Position numbers and translations under genes: made by a program
NCBI GenBank assembly: GCA_044892525.1
Contig: CM097885.1
Coordinates: 33,294,001 to 33,358,000 of the forward strand
Length of the DNA stretch: 64,000 bases
Direction: 5' to 3'
DNA from: Schmidtea polychroa
Taxonomy: Eukaryota
Shown here: in pieces, positions 61,692 through 64,000 of the stretch
Layout of the letters: each line of letters starts with the position of its first letter
Numbering within the stretch: the first letter of the stretch is position 1
The notes under the pieces: model-generated
Databases searched by the model: none
What the model was told of the DNA's origin: nothing
The model's input: the letters and a program-made list of their open reading frames with translations, nothing else

Positions 61692-62107
61692 TTTGATTGA
61701 AATTAAAAAAATTGTTCTGTGTTGGGTTTCGATTTATTTGGTTGAACGAGGAGTCAGAGATAGAGAACCGACTTTCAAATAAAAACTCAACACTGAAAAG
61801 TGAATCAGGGCCGTAGAAAGGTTCTTAGGCGCCCAGAGCAGAGGTTAAGTTTAACGCCTTACAAGACTCCACCAAAATAGTAAACCCGTAATAACTTATA
61901 CCCTATTGGATGTGATAAGTTTATTTTTAGTAATCTAAGCGGTGGACCTTCGTTCATTTTTAGGATTCCATCCTCTTTGTTATCGGGGTGTCTAATGTAC
62001 AAACCAACGTAAAGCGATAGCGATTCCAAAATAAACTTGCGTCACTAATAGTAAAATAATACTCATGGTAAGTGTTTATATCTTTAATTTAAACATTTAC
62101 AACTATT
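61692..62107 (+). repeat. ~420-bp LTR-like direct repeat, copy 2
   Basis: See 59358-59783. Confidence 0.9.
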
Positions 62108-62553
62108 AGTTTTTTCTTGTCAGTAGCGGATCGATGATGTTTTTACGTATAAAATTTGATTCCAAAATTCCAAAGGTGGTCCATGAAGCAATATTATCAA
62201 TTAAAACGCGTGATCTTATTTCCGTTACAATTAAATTCATGCTACTGAAACAACGCTAACATTCTGAAAAACTGCAAGCTATAATTTTAGAATATTTTTT
62301 TAACGTTTCCAAATCGTCTGAAATGTTACGACCACCACAAGCCAAGTAATCTCTAAAGGCATTTAAAATTTTTCCCAAAGGTAAATTAAAGCGTTGGCAG
62401 AGAGATTTTACTTTTTTCTCTCCAAATTCTATATTATTTTCAGAGAGCCATTCAAATTCGCAATTTTTAAAAATTTGGGACTTGTCGGAATTCAAAATTC
62501 CGTCTGAACCTGAACAATTTGGAGATGTAGTGTTTAGGCTATTCTTCATACTA
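62108..62553 (-). mobile_element. hAT transposase C-terminal remnant (KIAA1586-like)
   Basis: NAFRDYL..KIIACSFSEC*RCFSSMNLI..RSR..HHRSATD; cut at the piggyBac TTAA. Confidence 0.6.
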
Positions 62554-62557
62554 TTAA

Positions 62558-63130
62558 CACTAGAAGCACAGAAATTACAATGTACCTATAACCACGGATA
62601 TATCAGTGTTGACACAATATCTTTTTAATAGATATTGATGCGCTTAAGACAATATGTGTTTTAGTCAAAGGTCATGTTAATTAAAAATTATGTAAAGTGA
62701 AGAACAGACAGAGTTTTCATCCCTTGTAGTCTTCTGTTACAAAAGAAAACAATCATATATTACCGGTATAGACAATACACAGTATTACAAAACAAATTAT
62801 AGTTACGTGTGGGACAATGAGTACGAAGCACATATAGTGTAAACATACTTTTGTCTTTTGTTATGGTTTTCACAAACACTCTTATTACACTTCATACATA
62901 ACATAAGAGACAAGTTAGAACATTGTGAAACGAGAAAATGACATCGTTTTCGTACATTGGGAACAATAATATGGGTGTGCAGTTGCAATGAAGTTTGTGG
63001 GCAAAGATGTTTTACAAGCGACATTTGAAAATCACTCTTTATGTTATAGCATGAGCCGAAACACACACTAGTTGCTAATTGTCCCACGTGCTGACGACTC
63101 AACATATTGATCATTTGTACTGTGTCGTCA
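62558..63130 (-). mobile_element. piggyBac 3' end with Cys-rich domain
   Basis: TTAA-CACTAGAAG terminus; DTVQMIN..; RKRCHF..CMKCNKSVCENH..C. Confidence 0.75.
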
Positions 63131-63568
63131 TACTGACCAGACATGGTCACTATAGTGGTTACTAACTGACTCCACGTACTGATGATTTTACATACTGACC
63201 ATGGTTATATTGACCACACACATTTCAACCCATCGACTACTAAGACAGTACAATTCACCCAATGTGAGAATCCACTACGACCAATGCCAATATATGAAAC
63301 CAACGACCCCTACCACTACCACTACCACTACCTCGNNNNNNNNNNNNNNNNNNNNNNNNNNNNNNNNNNNNNNNNNNNNNNNNNNNNNNNNNNNNNNNNN
63401 NNNNNNNNNNNNNNNNNNNNNNNNNNNNNNNNNNNNNNNNNNNNNNNNNNNNNNNNNNNNNNNNNNNNNNNNNNNNNNNNNNNNNNNNNNNNNNNNNNNN
63501 NNNNNNNNNNNNNNNNNNNNNNNNNNNNNNNNNNNNNNNNNNNNNNNNNNNNNNNNNNNNNNNNNNNN

Positions 63569-64000
63569 GTAGTACTTTGGGTGCCCCAAATTTTAGAATC
63601 CAGTTGTTTAACAATATCTTCCCAATTGTCTCTTCATCCTGTTTATTTATTGCCGTTAGCGAAATGTATTTACTGTAATGGTCAATTATTAATTCGCAAA
63701 TGAATCTTTTCCTGTTAAATGTTTCTTTCATGGGACAACAAATATTTATATATATTTTCTCGAAAGGTTCAGATGCTTTAAATACTTTTGGTTTCTCTTT
63801 CATCTTTGTAGTTACAACTTTAATTTTTTGGCACGAGTCGCACTTGATATTGTCGTTTTTACCTCATTTATTAGATCTCTCTATCAAAATTGTTTTCTTG
63901 TATTTGATAACTTTATCAGCTCAAGCATGGCACAATAATAGATCTGTTTTGTTAATAATTTCTCTTCTTATGCTCTCTGGTATCCATATTCTTTTATCTT
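63569..64000 (-). mobile_element. Gypsy integrase fragment
   Basis: EPFEKIYINIC.P..IIDHYSKY..ILLNNWILKFGAPKVL (rve core); runs into a gap. Confidence 0.85.

Overview
AT-rich animal (probably invertebrate) genomic scaffold, standard genetic code, with five N gaps. The backbone is a 10-exon dynein-2 intermediate chain gene (WDR34/DYNC2I2) on the minus strand, 51966->3247. I assembled it by hand: all introns are GT-AG, phases are consistent, and the product is about 530 aa. A DNAJC30-like J-domain gene lies at 60581-61318 (-). The WDR34 introns hold most of the mobile DNA in the window: a near-complete hAT element with a perfect 8-bp TSD, Tigger/pogo, mariner and hAT remnants, many MITEs, and a Penelope fragment. 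Further Buster/hAT, piggyBac and Gypsy remnants lie outside the gene. Three things stand out. (1) A ~3.8 kb Polinton/adintovirus-like endogenous virus fragment with the PolB C-terminus, a penton C-terminus, a fibre-like ORF, an HTH ORF and a 2-TM protein carrying tandem YPxI/PSAP late-domain-like motifs. (2) An intact minimal type I hammerhead ribozyme of the Penelope class, plus a decayed copy. (3) Intronless pieces of host genes (actin; cold-shock domain + actin; macro domain + prominin), all antisense to WDR34. Family assignments come from motif recognition, not database searches.
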